Position numbers and translations under genes: made by a program. Shown piece after piece: positions 61,244-64,000 of a stretch of 64,000 bases of DNA. The stretch comes from Malacoraja senta (Eukaryota), in the NCBI GenBank assembly GCA_038087875.1, contig CM075992.1:1924001-1988000 (forward strand), written 5' to 3'. Below the pieces are notes generated by a model, which was given only the letters and a program-made list of their open reading frames with translations, did not search any database and had not been told where the DNA came from. The first letter of the stretch is position 1. Every line of letters starts with the position of its first letter.

Positions 61244-62092
61244 TTGACAATCCCTCCCAATCCCACATAACCTCCACCTCACCTTATGCTGACATCCAAT
61301 CTTCCTGCTCTGTTACAAGGATGTACCCCACCACACCCATCCCTGTCACAGCCCCCTACCCGCCACCGTAACCCCATTGTTATTCCTGCCTCCTTCCCAG
61401 TTAGATCATTCCCTCAAACACCAAACCCTCTATCCAAGGAATCAACCTGGTGAATCTTCACTGTGCTCATTTAGCAGAGAGGTGTAGCTGGTTGAACTGC
61501 TCCCTCACAAGGCCCAATGACCCAGGCTAATCCTCACCTCCAGTGCTGTCCAGGGGAGTTTGCACAGTTTCTCCAAAAAGGTGCAAGTTTCTTCTGAGTG
61601 GTCTGTTTTTTTTTTTTTGCTCCTACCAAAGACATGAAGGTTGATAAGTTAATTGGCAATTGTAAATTGCTAGTAGTGTAGATAAATAGGTGCTTGATAG
61701 ACAGTCTATGCTCTACGACTCTGTGCCTATGACTCTCCTTATTCCAAATATATCCTTCCTTCAGAATGGAGAACACATCTCCACACATTATTTCAGTGGC
61801 AGTGGGAGCTGGGTGATTTTATAATTTCTGTAAAATCTATATACATTTGAACTCAAGTCCTCTTACAACAGGGGCCAAATGTACTGTTTGCCTTCATAAT
61901 TGCTTGCTGTACCTTCATATTGATTTTCAGTTTTGTGTACAAGGACATCCAGTTCTTTCTGATCACCAACATCTTTCAATCTCACGCTATTTAAAGAAAT
62001 ACTGTGTGCTTCTCCTTTCCAACCATTGTGGATGACCTCATATTTCTTTTCACATAATGCTCCATTTGCCATGACGTTTCCCATTCTTTTCA

Positions 62093-62765
62093 TTTAGTTT
62101 TTTGTTTAGTTTATTGATACAGCGCGGAAACAGGCCTTTTGGCCCACCGAGTCCGCACCGGCCAGCGATCCCCGCACATTAACACTATCCTACACGCACT
62201 CGGGACAATTTACATTTATTTCAAGCCAATTACAATAGACAATAGACAACAGATGCAGGAGCAGGCCATTTGGCCCTTCGAGCCAGCACCGCCATTCAAT
62301 GTGATCATGGCTGATCATCCCCAATCAGTACCCCGTTCCTGCCTTCCCCCCATATCCCCTGACTCCGATATTTTTAAGAGCCCTATCTAGCTCTCTCTTG
62401 AAAGCATCCAGAGAACCGGCCTCCACCGCCCTCTGAGGCAGAGAATTCCACAGCCTCACCACTCTCTGTGAGAAAAAGTGTTTCCTCGTCTCCGTTCTAA
62501 ATGGCTTACTCCTTATTCTTAAACAGTGTGGCCCCTAGTTCTGGACTCCCCCAACATCCTGCCTCTAGCGTGTCCAAGTCCATAGCAATTAGCCTGCAAA
62601 CCTGCACGTCTTTGGAGTGTGGGAGGAAACCGAAGATCTCGGCGAAAACCCACGCAGGTCACGGGGAGAACGTGCAGACTCCATACAGACAGCACCCGTG
62701 GTCGGGATCGAACCCGGGTGTCTGGCGCTTCAAAGCAGTAGCTCTACTGCTGCACCACCGAGCCG
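62093..62765 (-). mobile_element. HE1-type V-SINE split by a CR1 3' fragment (62232-62577, -)
   Basis: SINE halves flank a CR1 with (TATTGTC)n tail. Confidence 0.87.
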
Positions 62766-63174
62766 ACCTATATATCCGAGAAACCTCTCCGCATTTCTTC
62801 ATAACTCATAGTGCCACGCAACTTTGTATTATCAGCAAGGACATCATTTTTTCTAAAACATACCTTATTCATAAAATATGCAAGCATGCGATCAGATCAC
62901 GCCATGTTCTAGGCAATTCAATACAATCATTTCCAATATATCAATTTCATAATTCATTATTCTTAAACATCGCCTCAGTAAAGTGATGGAGAGGCTGTTA
63001 TGCGGGGCCCAGACTCTCATTGTCCAGTGGTCATTGTCGAGATTCATCCCATGCAGCGTTGAGGCACATTTGTCAGAAACCTAGACTGAGGTCCACCCCC
63101 GTAAAACAATGGCCGAGGCTGCACTGAACCACAGTGTGACTGGCCTTCAGCATGGATACAGTTGATTTCATGGA

Positions 63175-63666
63175 GTCATAGCGTGATACAGTGTGGAAAC
63201 AGGGATCCTAGATAGGGCTCTTAAAGATAGCGGAGTCAGGGGATATGGGGAGAAGGCAGGAATGGGGCACTGATTGGGGATGATCGGCCATGATCACATT
63301 GAATGGCGGTGCTGGCTCGAAGGGCCGAATGGCCTACTCCTGCACCTATTGTCTATTGTCTATTGATACTTGCCCACACCGGCCAACATGTCCCAGCTAC
63401 ACTAGTCCCACCTGCCTGCGTTTGGCCCATATCCCTCCATGGTTGCAAAGAGAATGGTTCCACTAGTGGGAGAGTCCAGGACCAGAGGTCTTAGCTTCAG
63501 GATAAAAGGATGTTCCTTTGGGAAGGAGATGTGGAAGAATTGTTTTAGTCAGACGGTGGTGAATCTGCGGAATCTATTGCCACAGAAGGCTGTGATGGTC
63601 ATGTCAATGGATATTTTGAAGGTGGAGATAGATAGATTCCTGATTAGTACGGGTGTTATGGGGGAG
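63175..63666. mobile_element. Cluster of nested CR1 3' fragments
   Basis: 63208-63365 (+) lies within an HER1-type 3' end (-); an older CR1 lies at 63452-63666 (+). Confidence 0.8.
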
Positions 63667-63786
63667 ATCATCGCTCTTTATGCCCCATACCCTTCCTGTG
63701 GATTTGGCAGAGGGCTGAAAACAACACAAATCGACAAAGAAGATTCCTCACTCCAGATTTAACTGGGAGACGATCTGTTCCTGTTA

Positions 63787-64000
63787 GAGGTGTTGCTTTA
63801 CAGCGCCAGTGACTATGGTTCAATCCTGCCTGTGGGAGCATGCCTGTACAGCGTTTGTACCTTCTCCCCGTGACCTGCGTGGGTTTTCTCCGGGTGCTCC
63901 GCTTTCCTCCCCGACTTCAAAGATGCACAGGTTTGCAGATTAGGTAAAATTCGGTAAAATTGTAAATTGTCCCTGGTACATGTAGGATATGTGTGCGGGG
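63787..64000 (+). mobile_element. HE1-type V-SINE running off the window end
   Basis: V-domain TTCTCCCCGTGACCTGCGTGGGTTTTCTCCGGGTGCTCCG. Confidence 0.82.

Overview
Cartilaginous-fish genomic DNA, most likely a skate/ray (inferred from the CR1/HER1-type LINE, HE1-type V-SINE and Penelope repertoire). The only host coding sequence I can support is one alternative first coding exon of a long-form cAMP phosphodiesterase 4 (PDE4A4/A5-type N-terminus, 9595-9815, + strand, phase-2 GT donor). It lies just after a 200-N assembly gap and is followed by a 1.8-kb compound (CA)n tract. I found no downstream UCR1 exon, so the remaining ~54 kb is probably intron. Most of the window is transposon-derived: 5'-truncated CR1 LINEs of several ages, Rex1/Babar, L1 and RTE fragments, SINEs, PIF/Harbinger-like MITEs and roughly 40 short Penelope-like (PLE) terminal fragments. 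The most interesting signals are in the repeats: a minimal hammerhead-ribozyme motif with covarying stems in the PLE termini; fold-back, tandem and retrozyme-like PLE arrangements; MITEs repeatedly inserted at one 9-bp quasi-palindrome inside the PLE; an inverted local copy of a PLE arm plus its flank; and a bipartite RTE derivative with a partial HDV-like fold. All family assignments come from motif recognition, not database searches, and repeat boundaries are approximate.
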